A stretch of DNA of 64,000 bases, from the NCBI GenBank assembly GCA_964252035.1, contig OZ176205.1; one strand, written 5' to 3'. Positions 52,914-64,000 of this stretch are shown in pieces. The stretch's first letter is position 1. Every line of letters begins with the position of its first letter. The position numbers and the translations under genes are program-made. The notes beneath the pieces were generated by a model. It was given only the letters and a program-made list of their open reading frames with translations. It searched no databases and had not been told where the DNA came from. Origin of the DNA: Podarcis erhardii. Its lineage: Eukaryota.

Positions 52914-53164
52914 GAAGAAGAAGAAGAAGAGTTTGGATTTGATATCCCGCCTTTCACTCCCTTTAAGGAGTCTCAAAGCGGCTAACATTCTCCTTTCCCT
53001 TCCTCCCCCACAACAAACACTCTGTGAGGTGAGTGGGGCTGAGAGACTTCAGAGAAGTGTGACTGGCCCAAGGTCACCCAGCAGCTGCATGTGGAGGAGC
53101 GGAGACGCGAACCCGGTTCACCAGATTACGAGACTACTGCTCTTAACCACTACACCACACTGGA
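52914..53164 (-). mobile_element. Squam3-like CORE SINE inserted in a short CR1-tail remnant
   Basis: Same sequence as 33762-34043. Flanked by tggaag on both sides within atcatagagttggaag...gggactc. Confidence 0.78.
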
Positions 53165-53231
53165 AGGGACTCACGGGGGATCAAACCTGTAACTTTGGCA
53201 TTAACTTTGGCAAAACAATAGTTTTACTGAC

Positions 53232-53423
53232 CTCTTCATCCAAGTTTCTGTTCCATCGTGAGCGGGTCTCCCCAGGTTCCCTTGCTGCAGTCTGTGCCTG
53301 CCTCTCACGGTCTTCCTCAGTTGCTTCAGTTCTTTCCAATTTTTCACTTGGCTGTTCGTGCCGCTCTGTCCGAGATCGGCTAAAGGTTTTCTCTGCCTCC
53401 TGAAGATCTGTAAGTGTTACACC
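53232..53423 (-). CDS. PPP1R12B: PPP1R12B exon GVTLTDLQEAEKTFSRSRTERHEQPSEKLERTEATEEDRERQAQTAAREPGETRSRWNRNLDEE
   Basis: ccatttcccag|GGT...GAG|gtcagt, 192 nt, phase 0/0. Confidence 0.96.
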
Positions 53424-53461
53424 CTGGGAAATGGGAGAAAGTCAAGTCTATTATACCTATC

Positions 53462-53677
53462 CAGTGGAACCTTGAGTTGCAGACGTAATCCATCCCAGAG
53501 GCATATCCACAACTCAAAGCATTCGCATCTAGAAGTGCCACATCTGCTCACACACACAGCGCGATTTAGCGCTTCTGCGCATACGCAAGCGGTGAAACCT
53601 GGAAGTAACCGTTCCGGGTTGCTGCAGGTCACAACTTGAAAAGTAACCTGAAGCGGACACATTACGAGGTATGACTG
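53462..53677. mobile_element. Older Tigger/pogo-like MITE
   Basis: Degenerate TIRs cagtggaacctt and acgaggtatgactg followed by TA. Resembles the copy at 60288. Confidence 0.55.
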
Positions 53678-53841
53678 TATCTGTTAACATTACACCTCTT
53701 ACACTGAATCCACACCTCAACACAAATTACATTACGTTTTCCACAAAGCCCAAGCTCAGCCAATTTCTAATTATAGGTCAGACCCAGTGGCATGAAAGTT
53801 AGCAATCACCACTTTAATATATCAATCAGCTTAAAAGAAGG

Positions 53842-54198
53842 TAAAGATAAAGGTAAAGGTAAAGGGACCCCTGACCATTAGGTCCAGTCGTGACCGACTC
53901 TGGGGTTGCGGCGCTAATCTCGCTTTATTGGCCGAGGGAGCCGGCGTACAGCTTCCGGGTCATGTGGCTAGCATGACTAAGCCGCTTCTGGCAAACCAGA
54001 GCAGCGCATGGAAACGCCTTCCCGCCGGAGCAGTACCTATTTATCTACTTGCACTTTGATGTGCTTTCGAACTGCTAGGTTGGCAGGAGCAGGGACCGAG
54101 CAACAGGAGCTCACCCCATCACGGGGATTCGAACCGCCGACTTTCTGATCGGCAAGTCCTAGGCTCTGTGGTTTAACCCACAGTGCCACCCGCGTCCC
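53842..54198 (-). mobile_element. Sauria SINE (gggacccctgaccattagg subtype)
   Basis: 10-bp TSD taaaagaagg at 53832-53841 and 54199-54208. Confidence 0.92.
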
Positions 54199-54635
54199 TA
54201 AAAGAAGGAAGAAATGCTAAATACAGAATCACAAACATCAGTGGTTCATAATGTCATTGCATAGCAGGTACAGAGATGTTTCTAAGAGAGAACATTACAA
54301 TGCAACATTGCTACCCATGGACAACACTTTCCTTGAGCCTTCTTCCATAAGAAAAAAAATCATAATCTCCTTTTACAGGAGCTTTTACAGACCAATTTTT
54401 TTATCTCTCAAATGTATAATATGGAAGTAATTCCCTTCTTTGGAGATTCACAGGTGTGTGATCTTGGATGTCTTCCAGAAATAATGCAACTTCATTCAAA
54501 AGGAGAACTCAGCAATGAAGTGTGAGTGGGGAAGTGTTAGGCATCTTCACAGGATGCATTAAATAATTCTATTTATATAATTATTTTTTAAATAGCCCGA
54601 CATCAAACAGGCCATAAAAAGTTATTGTTCCGCAC

Positions 54636-54726
54636 CTGTGTAGATCTACGAGTCTGGCGAGCTTGCCTGGATCGTGCCTTTCTTAGAGATTCTGCTTCTT
54701 CATCCCGGACAGGAGTCAGATATGAC
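54636..54726 (-). CDS. PPP1R12B: PPP1R12B exon (R)SYLTPVRDEEAESLRKARSRQARQTRRSTQ
   Basis: tttcttttag|G...CAG|gtgcgg, 91 nt, phase 2/0. Contains the RRST(QG) inhibitory site homologous to MYPT1 Thr696. Confidence 0.97.
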
Positions 54727-55963
54727 CTAAAAGAAATGGACAGAATGGAGATATATATATAAAGATATATATAGATATATATATAGGCAAATTAAGGTTT
54801 TATGCCTTTTCTTATAAGTCCTTTTGTTCTGTTCACGTAATAAAAATATTTGATTACCAACATTTATCCAAGTTCCTCACATGGATAGAAGAAACCTAGT
54901 AACAATACCACCTTATAACTAAGTTATTTCAAGATGACTGATTTATATCAGCTGTTTTATTTGGGCATAGCCGCCCACAATTATGCAACTCTGTCTTACA
55001 CTGAGATAACCAAAACGGAATTAAAATTTAGAATTCATATCTAGGGTTAGAAGGGATCCTGCTGTGTTCTAAAATTTCAAAAAGAAATAATCCCCGTGGG
55101 AGTCTAATGCTACAAGCAGTGGCACAGAACACTTTTGAACAAGTTCAAAAGCATGGGTCCCAGTACTGACAGGACTCCACGTAAGCTCTTATATGGCACA
55201 TAATCAATTATTTTAGTTTATAATTGAGTTGTACAAGAGAACTAGATCAAATGTGCATTTGGATTGAAAATTTATTTGAATTAGAAATGCACAGAAAGGT
55301 CTCATCAATAAAACATTAAGTATGCTGTGGAAATCAAGCCAAAGCCATTGTTTTCAAAATTAGCACCTCCATGATATTCTGGTCATACTCTTGTGTAACT
55401 CAGATAGCAGAGACACAAAAAAGTAATGAAGTGCTTGATTCTTTACATCTGCGCCCTGCTTGCATGGGTCTCTCCCCCCCTCCAAAAATAAATCTGAAAA
55501 AAGCAAAGTGTACCTTCTTTCTATCCCTAAGAATAGCTCCTCTTTACACATCAAAAACAAGCGGTACTGAAGTACTATGATGGGAAAGTCACCAGAGTCC
55601 GTCTGGTTATGACATCTGAACCAGGGGCTATGACTTGTTTCTCTACAAACCAGAAGCAGTAGCCATGGTTTGCTCTCAACTTATTGCTTGGAAAAAAATA
55701 AACCACAACCTCAGGTTCAGATATCACAATAAATGAGACTGTAGCTTCTTTCTCTGAGGTGTGGCAGCTGTAGAAATGGGAGATGAATGGAGTGAAAACC
55801 TTTCAGCGGAATGCACAAGCGATCTACCCCTTTCACATTAAAGCATGATTTGTTTGTTTTTAATATGGTTTAGTGTAATGTGCAAACCAGGTCTGTGTAA
55901 CAGCGTAGGGTGCAGAATTTAAGGCATGAAGGCAGTTGTTAATGCTCACTAAAGGCAATATAC

Positions 55964-56105
55964 ATGCAAGTCTTTGCCAACCTGGTGCCCATGAGATGTT
56001 TTGCACTACAAGACTCATCAGTCTCAGCCAGCATGGACAATGGCCAGGGAGTATTGGAGCTGTAGTCCAAAACATCTGGAAGACACCAGGATTTGGCAAA
56101 GGCTG
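55964..56105. mobile_element. Palindromic hAT MITE, diverged
   Basis: ctttgccaacctggtgcc...agatgttttg / caaaacatct...ccaggatttggcaaag. Confidence 0.65.
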
Positions 56106-56184
56106 ATATACATGCAACCATTCCAGGTGGTCATCACAAAAAAAAAACACCTCAAACTAAAACTGAGTGCACAGGTTTCCTTAC

Positions 56185-56480
56185 TTCCTCCTCCCTCTCA
56201 ATCTCTTTTCATTTTGTGTTATCTTTTAGTGTGTAAGCCTAATGAATAATATTCATATTTGCAAGTCACTCTGATAACCATTTTTCCAGCTGAAGAATAG
56301 AGTAAAAATACTATAAATAGTCGCATACCCCTTTGGAACTTTCTTCTCTATTAGGACCACTTACTTTAATGGAAAGGACTGGGGCTGTGGTGTTTTTACT
56401 GTAACCATCTGTATGTGATATTTTATATGTATATATTGTATATGTATATATTTTTAATAATAATAATTTACTATAAATAG
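56185..56480 (-). promoter_or_regulatory. Candidate cardiac-type internal promoter and non-coding first exon
   Basis: Two identical MEF2-consensus sites CTATAAATAG (56311-56320, 56471-56480), TGATAA (56272-56277), CAGCTG (56287-56292) and donor GAA|gtaagg at 56179-56184. Confidence 0.35.
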
Positions 56481-59400
56481 GTGTCTAACTCTGAAGTAAT
56501 CCCTATCAAGTTAATTGGGATTTATGCACAGGTAAGTGTGCACAAGTTTGCATCCTTTAAAGGAAATGTGTAGACTAGAAAGGTATAAGCCACAGAGAGG
56601 ATGTGCCAGTTTCCACACAACAGAGACTAGCAGGAGCAGCCCAGCTGACCTAGTCCAGAAAGCAAAACCCAGATACTATGGTGGTGCTTTAACTCAATTC
56701 TGGTTTAGCTCTTCCAAAGAGAACAGACAGTCCAGGTCTAATTAGCCAAGGTACATTTAATAAGAGGAGACTGAAATGTGCTGAACAAGAAGCAGTCATA
56801 TCCACAAAGCAACAGTCTTCCATATTCTTGTTCACAAAAGACAGCTGGTATCATGGCAAATTCATTGCCATCTGAAAAAGATTTCCTGATTCACCAGAGA
56901 GATGCCAACCTTTTACAAAGAACTGACTTTAAAAACAACTTTAAAAAAGAAAAGAAAAACTAGAAAGTAACCACCTCATGGGTCAAGAAAATATGGGAAA
57001 AACTAATATTTGCAAGGCATAAAGATTAGACACATATGATTTGATGAGGGCTGGTGTCAAGGATCAACATGAATCAAGGGTCACACATCAGTAGAGGAGC
57101 CACTGGACCTGCTACAATGAAAAAATAGAGTCAGTGAGGGAGGATGGTCCATGGAGGTTGCCTTGCCCAAAGGCCCTCCAAAACCTGGAGCTGACACTGG
57201 CTTCAAGATTTGTACCTTGAATTTTAGCACACTTTACTTACATGCACTGTGCATAAAATTATTTAAACTGTAAATCTACGCTGTATGGCTAAACTGATTT
57301 TGTGGAAGAATATAACAAAGGGAAAGTGATAAAACTCCACCCTGACTACTCCCCTTCATGACTCAAGCTGCGCACACAACACAAATTTTAAGAACCTTTA
57401 CTACCACTGCCATCCTGGGAACTGTGGCTTGCCCCTCACAAGTTACAAATCCCAGCACCCTTAAACTACAGATCCCAGGATTCTTAGAGGGGGCATGTAT
57501 GTACATCTCATAGTCCAACAGCAGGCAAGGAAGATACAACAGTTTTAACCATTAGTCTTCTGTGAAAATATACATAAATGCTCTCTGTTAAGAGCAGAAT
57601 TCTTCAAGTACACCCATCCTAAATGAACATTAGCAAACACAGAAATACATTCAGTTAGTATCTGAGGCAAGAGTGGAATAAAGCAGACTCTAGAGAAAGG
57701 CAGCTTTACCTGATTTTAAAGCCATTTTTCTGGGTACAAACTGTAAGTCATTTCTAGCACATAAACTCCTTCTCTTGGGCACTTCTATTAAAAGTCCAGC
57801 ACAAGCTAAGCCTATAAGTGTTTAGTAAGTAAAGTTAGATGTTGGTCTACTTTAATCTGCACAGCTTTTTGTTTTTGCACTAAGCACAAATATGCAACAA
57901 TCTGAGCCAATAAGAACTCCCACCTTGAACTATGTCAGGAAGTCCCTCCAGCAGCTGAAACCCTTTCACGTATACCTGCTCAGTTACTCCACAGGTCGCC
58001 AGGCTTTCTCCGGTAAGACGCAAGCCCTCACCCTGACCTCTTGCACATAAAAATGTGGTCTGATGCCTGATAAAGCAACAACAACCTTTCCTCTTCCCAA
58101 CAAGGAAAATCAAACAGCAGGCAGAATTCCTGCCCCTCCTACATCATCACACCAGCACTGGTAGCTCTTTTTATAAAAGAACGACTTTATCGCAAACTAT
58201 AAAAGCATGGCTGATAAGCACTTTTAGTAGCAGGTGTTGGCTGACTGGTTCCTTCTTTAAGAGAGCCTTTGCCCTCCTTTCCTAACACAGTGCCAAGTAT
58301 GTGGCATGGAAGGGGAAATAGTATCTTAAGTACTTTATTCGTGTAGGAATCTGTCAGAGCCTTGCAAAATTACAAGACTGTTCTGGTAAATGAAGTGCTT
58401 CAATATGAAATAATTCCTCATTTTGACGAAAAACAGAATCAGCAACTGTTTAAGACTTGTGATGTGTGTGTTTATGCGTGCACACTTGTGCGAGAGAGAT
58501 ATGAAGGGTGCCGTGGCATGAACTTACAACTGTACCAAACAGATTAACCTGCCGCATAATCACCATTTCATATAAGACCAAGAGTCACCACACAATGCAT
58601 ACAGTTCTGACAGCAATGATAACTGAACTCAGCAGCCTTGAGATACATGTTACAGCCTGCATGCTATTTTAAACAAGGGCTCTGAACAACCTTTTGACTT
58701 ACAGATAGAGTAGCCCCCTGAAAACCCTTTGGAGTTATGTAAGTATCTGAGATGAGGTTTTCCTAACACTTTCAGAAGGTTATCTTCCTCTGTCCTGATT
58801 TTCTACAACAATTGAATACCAACAACTGCATAAATTGTGCACAACACGCTTAGAATAATCGAATATTGATTATTGTCCCAAATATTTTCATTGCACGAGG
58901 ATAAAGCAGACTGTGCCATGTTGGTATCAAGAAATAAGCAATGAAAGGTAAGATAAAGCAAGAACAGTTTGAAATATGTTCATGCATGATTCTGAAGTAT
59001 GGGAGAGCTAATGACAGATTCATAGTTACACAAGAAAAATGATTTCAAACAACCAAGTTCTACCAAGGCAAGCTACCTTTGTCAAATAAAAAGATGAAGC
59101 AACACTGCAAATTTATTTTTATTTGTTAAACATTGATATCGTAGTGATTTTAGTGGGGTGGTATTGCTTGTCATTGATTATCTCTGTTAAGCTTGCTTGT
59201 GATTCTGGCTTTTATATTATTATTTTTTATAAATGTTTTGTTCTGTTTATGTCAGAGGAAGGGTGGGATACAAACCGACAAACAAATAAATACATGAAAC
59301 TTGTATCCTGTACATGGAGTGTCTTCAACCAATATCAATCTGCATCTCATGTGTGTTTTTTCCCCATCCAATATGAATCTGATTTCATAGTAATTTCCAT

Positions 59401-59651
59401 TCTTTTCTAGTGAGATTCACTCTATCAGGTAGCCTGCTTATGGGAATGATTCAGAGAAATCTAGATTCCAGGAAACAGTTACTAGTCAAATACCTCCTTC
59501 TAAAATCCAGATACAGTAATTTGGGCAGTCAGTAAGAATTTCATGAAGATTCCTTGGCTTCATTCATGGGTCATTGTTTAGATTATACTTATTGGGATTT
59601 ACAGGCCTGGTGGAAATCTTCCCTTAACTCTCTTCCCCATCCACACCCATA

Positions 59652-60015
59652 AAGGTAAAGGTAAAGGTACCCCTGCCCGTATGGGCCAGTCTTGACAGAC
59701 TCTAGGGTTGTGCGCCCATCTCACTCTAGAGGCCGGGGGCCAGCGCTGTCCGCAGACACTTCCGGGTCACGTGGCCAGCATGACAAAGCTGCATCTGGCG
59801 AGCCAGCGCAGCACACGGAAACACTGTTTACCTTCCCGCCAGTAAGCGGTCGCTATTTATCTACTTGCACCCGGGGGTGCTTTCAAACTGCTAGGTTGGC
59901 AGGCGCTGGGACCGAGCAACGGAAGCGCACCCCGCCGCGGGGATTCGAACCGCCGACCTTTCGATCGGCAAGCCCTAGGCGCTGAGGCTTTTACCCACAG
60001 CGCCACTCGCGTCCC
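59652..60015 (-). mobile_element. Sauria SINE
   Basis: 12-bp TSD tccacacccata at 59640-59651 and 60017-60028. Confidence 0.93.
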
Positions 60016-60287
60016 TTCCACACCCATAGAGTCATGCAATTTTTATTTTTATTTCTTCTTGTGTCAGTCCCACCACTTTTCCATGCACACTGCCTACATG
60101 ATTCCCTGTTCTCTCTCATATTTCCCATCTCCATCTTTCTTCCTTGACGGCTAACATATGTGCTGCTCTTGGGGAAATATCATAATCTTATTATTGTGTT
60201 ACTTTGTTATACAGACAGAGAATATGCAATTTCCTTTTAAAAATCAAAAAATAAACGGCCAAAGGCAGACAGAACATCTACAAAATA

Positions 60288-60513
60288 CAGTGGTACCTCG
60301 GGTTAAATACTTAATTCGTTCCGGAGGTCCGTACTTAACCTGAAACTGTTCTTAACCTGAAGCACCACTTTAGCTAATGGGGCCTCCTGCTGCTGCCACG
60401 CTGCCGGAGCACAATTTCTGTTCTCATACTGAAGAAATGTTCTTAACCCAAGGTACTATTTCTGGGTTAGTGGAGTCTGTAACCTGAAGCGTATGTAACC
60501 CGAGGTACCACTG
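60288..60513. mobile_element. Tigger/pogo-like MITE (226 bp)
   Basis: TIR CAGTGGTACCTCGGGTTA(A/C)ATAC at both ends, TA TSD at 60286-60287 and 60514-60515. Confidence 0.9.
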
Positions 60514-62853
60514 TATGTATGTCTGACCTTCAGAACTAAGGCTTCTCTCTCCTGGAGATTCACGTGCTATATTATAAATGTTTGCCAGAGTAGGCCCAAG
60601 TGCAGGGACAATCTCTAAACAGTAGGTGGTGCCCCAAAACACAGAAAGCAACTAGGCTGAGATTTCAGAAACAGCTCTTTGACAATTAGTACAATACCCA
60701 TCTATGGAGCATTTGAAATAGGAAGTGATTGCTCTTATCAAGCACTTCCTTAGAAATAAACACTTTCCCTTCATTCATAACTTAGTAAATCATAGCTAAT
60801 CAGTGCAAACACTAGAAAGGGGCAGCAATTCTGCACATAGTCAATGGTGGAATTTAGCAGAACAATTGAAACTATTCAAACAGTGACACCAAATGGTACA
60901 ATAACCTATGTTTTCTGGAGCCCATGTACATCAACATCTGCAGGCACCTAGTATAGCAGCTACTCTACCGCCACTAGCAAGGCTGTGGTCGATTCCTCTA
61001 ATGTACACACTTCTTTGAAAAGTAGTACTCACTATTTAAGAGGATACGCTTAACCTACAAAAACAAAAAAGAAACACAAAATATATGAGGGGGAGGGAAT
61101 ACAAAAACAAATATAATGACCAACCACTTGTTTTGCAGTTCTTGGCCTTCATACAATAATATATAATTTTTAAATTAATTAATCTTATTTGCAAAATTAA
61201 ATCATGTCTATACCCCTCCTTCCCAACAAGCCATAGAAGCTTAACTCAAAGCTCAAGATTGCAAGAAAAGGGTTCCCTCCTAGGAAAAATGGGAGCCTTA
61301 TGTAAACAGCTGAGAGAAAATCATGACAACAGCAAAAGCAGAATTATTATTAATAATTTCAAGGACTTTGAAAGTCAACATAGCACAAATCAGCAGCATG
61401 GTTCTCTCTTACTGACAGTTGTTCATAGCACAGCACTGACATCAATGAAGTCCATGCAATCACTCTGTTCAGAAACTGGCTAGGTAAAGGTCTCATTTTC
61501 AGAAGGTAAACAGTTTAGTTTGATTTTTCCATAAGTATTACAAAATTATAGTTACATTATAAAAAAGAAATGGACATCAGTCACGTATTTGTTCTGGCAA
61601 TGGATGATTTACTTGATCTCCCCTGGTTAATCTAAAAATTTGCTAGATGTGAGATATTTTCAATCATATGACTGCAAGTCCCATCATTCATGTGCCTTAA
61701 TCGCTGCTTTTAATATAAATGATGAGCAAACAATAATAGCAAGATCAAAATAGAGCGCTTATGCGTATAAATGAACTTGTTTCACCACCCAAGTTCAAAC
61801 TGCTAAGGCAGAATAGACAAGGTTTTAAGACAGCAGACTCAGCACAACATTGATATAATATAGCAGAATAATTCAGTGTAAAGAACAATGCATCAGCAAA
61901 CTACTAAGCCTACAGTCAAATTTCCAGGCTTCCCCAGTTAATGCTGAAACAAGAGCAGAGTACAAAAGCAGGCTCCATTTCAAAATCTAATTTCTATGAT
62001 GGATTATTACTCTGCAGTTAGACACCGCAAATCTACCTGCTATTAATCATAGGTCAACTGTAGTCTTGGTTTCATTTCCCACAGCAACCCAATAGTCACT
62101 TCAACCTAGTACAGTTCAAATTGCTTCACTAATTGTTTGTATGAGGAAACCACAATGGCTAAGTGAACACAATTCACAAGAACCATGCGGTTCTTCCATC
62201 CAGACGTTACTCGACCAATGTAGGATTAGATCAGATGGAAGTTTTCACACCATTGTGGGAAAATAATGAATGAAACCTGAATAGAAACAATTTGGACATT
62301 TGAGCCTCTGGATTTTTGCACTTAGAACAAAATGTATGCAGGGAACTTGTTCAAAAGTCATATCTCCAGTCAGCTTTTCAGTCAGTGTAGCAGCACCCTT
62401 CTGAAAGGAAGGACATTCCAGATGACTTATTCTCTCCTCCTAAACCTAGCAATGCATTTCAGTTTTAATCCGGTGGCTTCAAATAGGCAAGTAAGAGCTG
62501 CCTGTTATGGAGGCATCTTCATGATCTAATATTAGTCTGGGAGTTTATGTTGTTGTTGCTAAGAGAAACATGGAGCTTTGAGAACACTGAATTAGATGAA
62601 TGTGCTATTGTGACAGCTGCCATTAAGTGCTGAAAACCCATATTGTGGTATCTAGCAAATGCCTGTTATTTTTCATTTTAAGCTACCTACCAGGCTTCCT
62701 CTCAAAATGTCTGACAGATTTACATTACTAAGAATATGGTTGAAACCCTACAATTGGTCACCATTTAATATTATCTGCTTTAATCTCATCTGAAACCAAG
62801 GTCATCTCAACAGAGCTCAACCGCTAGGTAATAAAAAAAGAAAAAGAAATATA

Positions 62854-63064
62854 GGGTGAATTCAATGTGGTACTAAGTGGAGTATGTATGAGGGAAATGA
62901 AGTCCACTCACACACTGGGACTTTCCTCCCTCTCCTTCCCCTGTTCCCTCTAACAACTCTCCAAGACAAATTTAGGGGATACAGAGGGAACACACACAGG
63001 GAGAAGTCTCAATGCATGAGCAGATCTCATTCTGCACATGCAGCAACTTAGTTGAATCCTGCCC
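62854..63064. mobile_element. Possible PIF/Harbinger-like MITE
   Basis: Imperfect TIRs gggtgaattcaa...ctaagt and acttagttgaatcctgccc, with 3-bp ata on both flanks. Confidence 0.45.
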
Positions 63065-63550
63065 ATAGATTTGCAATTCTGAAACCAACTGCATCTCCCT
63101 CCGTGTCCCACAAAATAACATGAGATGCCCATAAAAGAATGTTCTTTTAGATAGCTATGGCCATTCCAAAAATATGTGGGCAAAACTAATGTACATTTCA
63201 GTACTGCCAGGTCAGCATAGTACCATGGAGAATTCCAGCAACTGCTCACAATGAAATATTCATGGAATCAACAGCATGATTAAAAACATAGTAAAGGAAA
63301 CTGAATGAGCAGAATCATGTGGCTTTGTTATGCAAAACCTATAATCTGGAGGTACTATGCTTTGAATGAAGACAATGGATAGTGGAAAGCTTAAAAGAAA
63401 TGCTAGATCTTCTTTGAACTGTTTGCATAAAATATGTTTGCATAGAATATACATAAGAAAATGCACTTGCAAGCATACATGCGCACCCACACAATCCTAT
63501 CCAAACTCAAAATAGTGGCTGTGACCAAGTCACCTTAACCACAAATACAT

Positions 63551-63747
63551 CTTGACTGTAAATACCAAAAAATAGGAAATCTTGCACACAACAGTGGGTG
63601 ATACCCAGGAAATATAATTTCAAACCATCGCAAATATTTGCAACACAGCTTGACTGTAAATACCAAAAATTAGGAAATCTTGCACACAACAGTGGGTGAA
63701 TACCCAGGAAATATAATTTCAAACCATCGCAAATATTTGCAGCACAG
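63551..63747. repeat. Direct tandem duplication, 98-bp and 99-bp units
   Basis: Units 63551-63648 and 63649-63747 differ at about three positions. Confidence 0.92.
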
Positions 63748-63878
63748 CTTAGTCCAGATAGTTCAGTGTAACCCAAGCACAATCTGATCACTAACATAGG
63801 AAAACGTTTCTAATCAATTGTTACAGCAGGTGAAGGCAAAACACACTTCACAAGAATACCACCAAAATACTCACTCAC

Positions 63879-64000
63879 CTTCTCCGATCCCTAGCATCAC
63901 CAGTAGAGGACTCTGTTCCAGTCGTTGAATTAAAATTGGCAGTTGTGACACCATTGGCACTACTGGGTACAGCGAGATTTGTTATGACACTTAATGGAAT
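63879..64000 (-). CDS. PPP1R12B: PPP1R12B exon, partial (5' end outside window): ...IPLSVITNLAVPSSANGVTTANFNSTTGTESSTGDARDRR(R)
   Basis: Donor AG|gtgagt at 63873-63878, phase 2, joins G-TCA of the next exon. Similar to MYPT2 PLCVITN...ANGVT...REKRR. Confidence 0.92.

Noticed and set aside
1-64000. CRISPR arrays, prokaryotic-type systems, a neighbouring gene (SYT2 in mammals) or a nested snoRNA/miRNA
   Set aside because: No repeat-spacer array or operon structure. No plus-strand exons recognised. The hairpins seen are MITE TIRs. A covariance-model search (Infernal/Rfam) would be needed to exclude small RNAs.

Overview
Squamate genomic DNA, probably a lacertid lizard (inferred from the Sauria-type SINEs and CR1). 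The window holds the 3' part of PPP1R12B (MYPT2, myosin phosphatase targeting subunit 2) on the minus strand. I reconstructed 12 core coding exons by hand with consistent phases, from a partial exon at 63879-64000 to the leucine-zipper (LZ) terminal exon at 3073-3159. Two known alternative exons are also present: the NLHQLKQ... alternative C-terminal exon (10116-10250) and the internal first exon of the smooth-muscle small subunit ([11 protein letters not shown]..., 35712-35813). The conserved internal Met of the heart-type M21 subunit is at 51092-51094. Introns carry a young CR1 with nearly complete ORF2, a near-identical inverted CR1 fragment, nine SINEs all in gene-sense orientation, a solo LTR, a hAT transposase fossil, several MITEs, L2 fragments and microsatellites. 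The best leads are candidate frame-shifting or stop-containing micro-exons that would remove the LZ, unusual splicing architecture around the alternative C-terminal exon, and a MEF2/GATA cluster where the cardiac promoter is expected. All novel calls are manual inferences without transcript data. No new biological system can be claimed from sequence alone.
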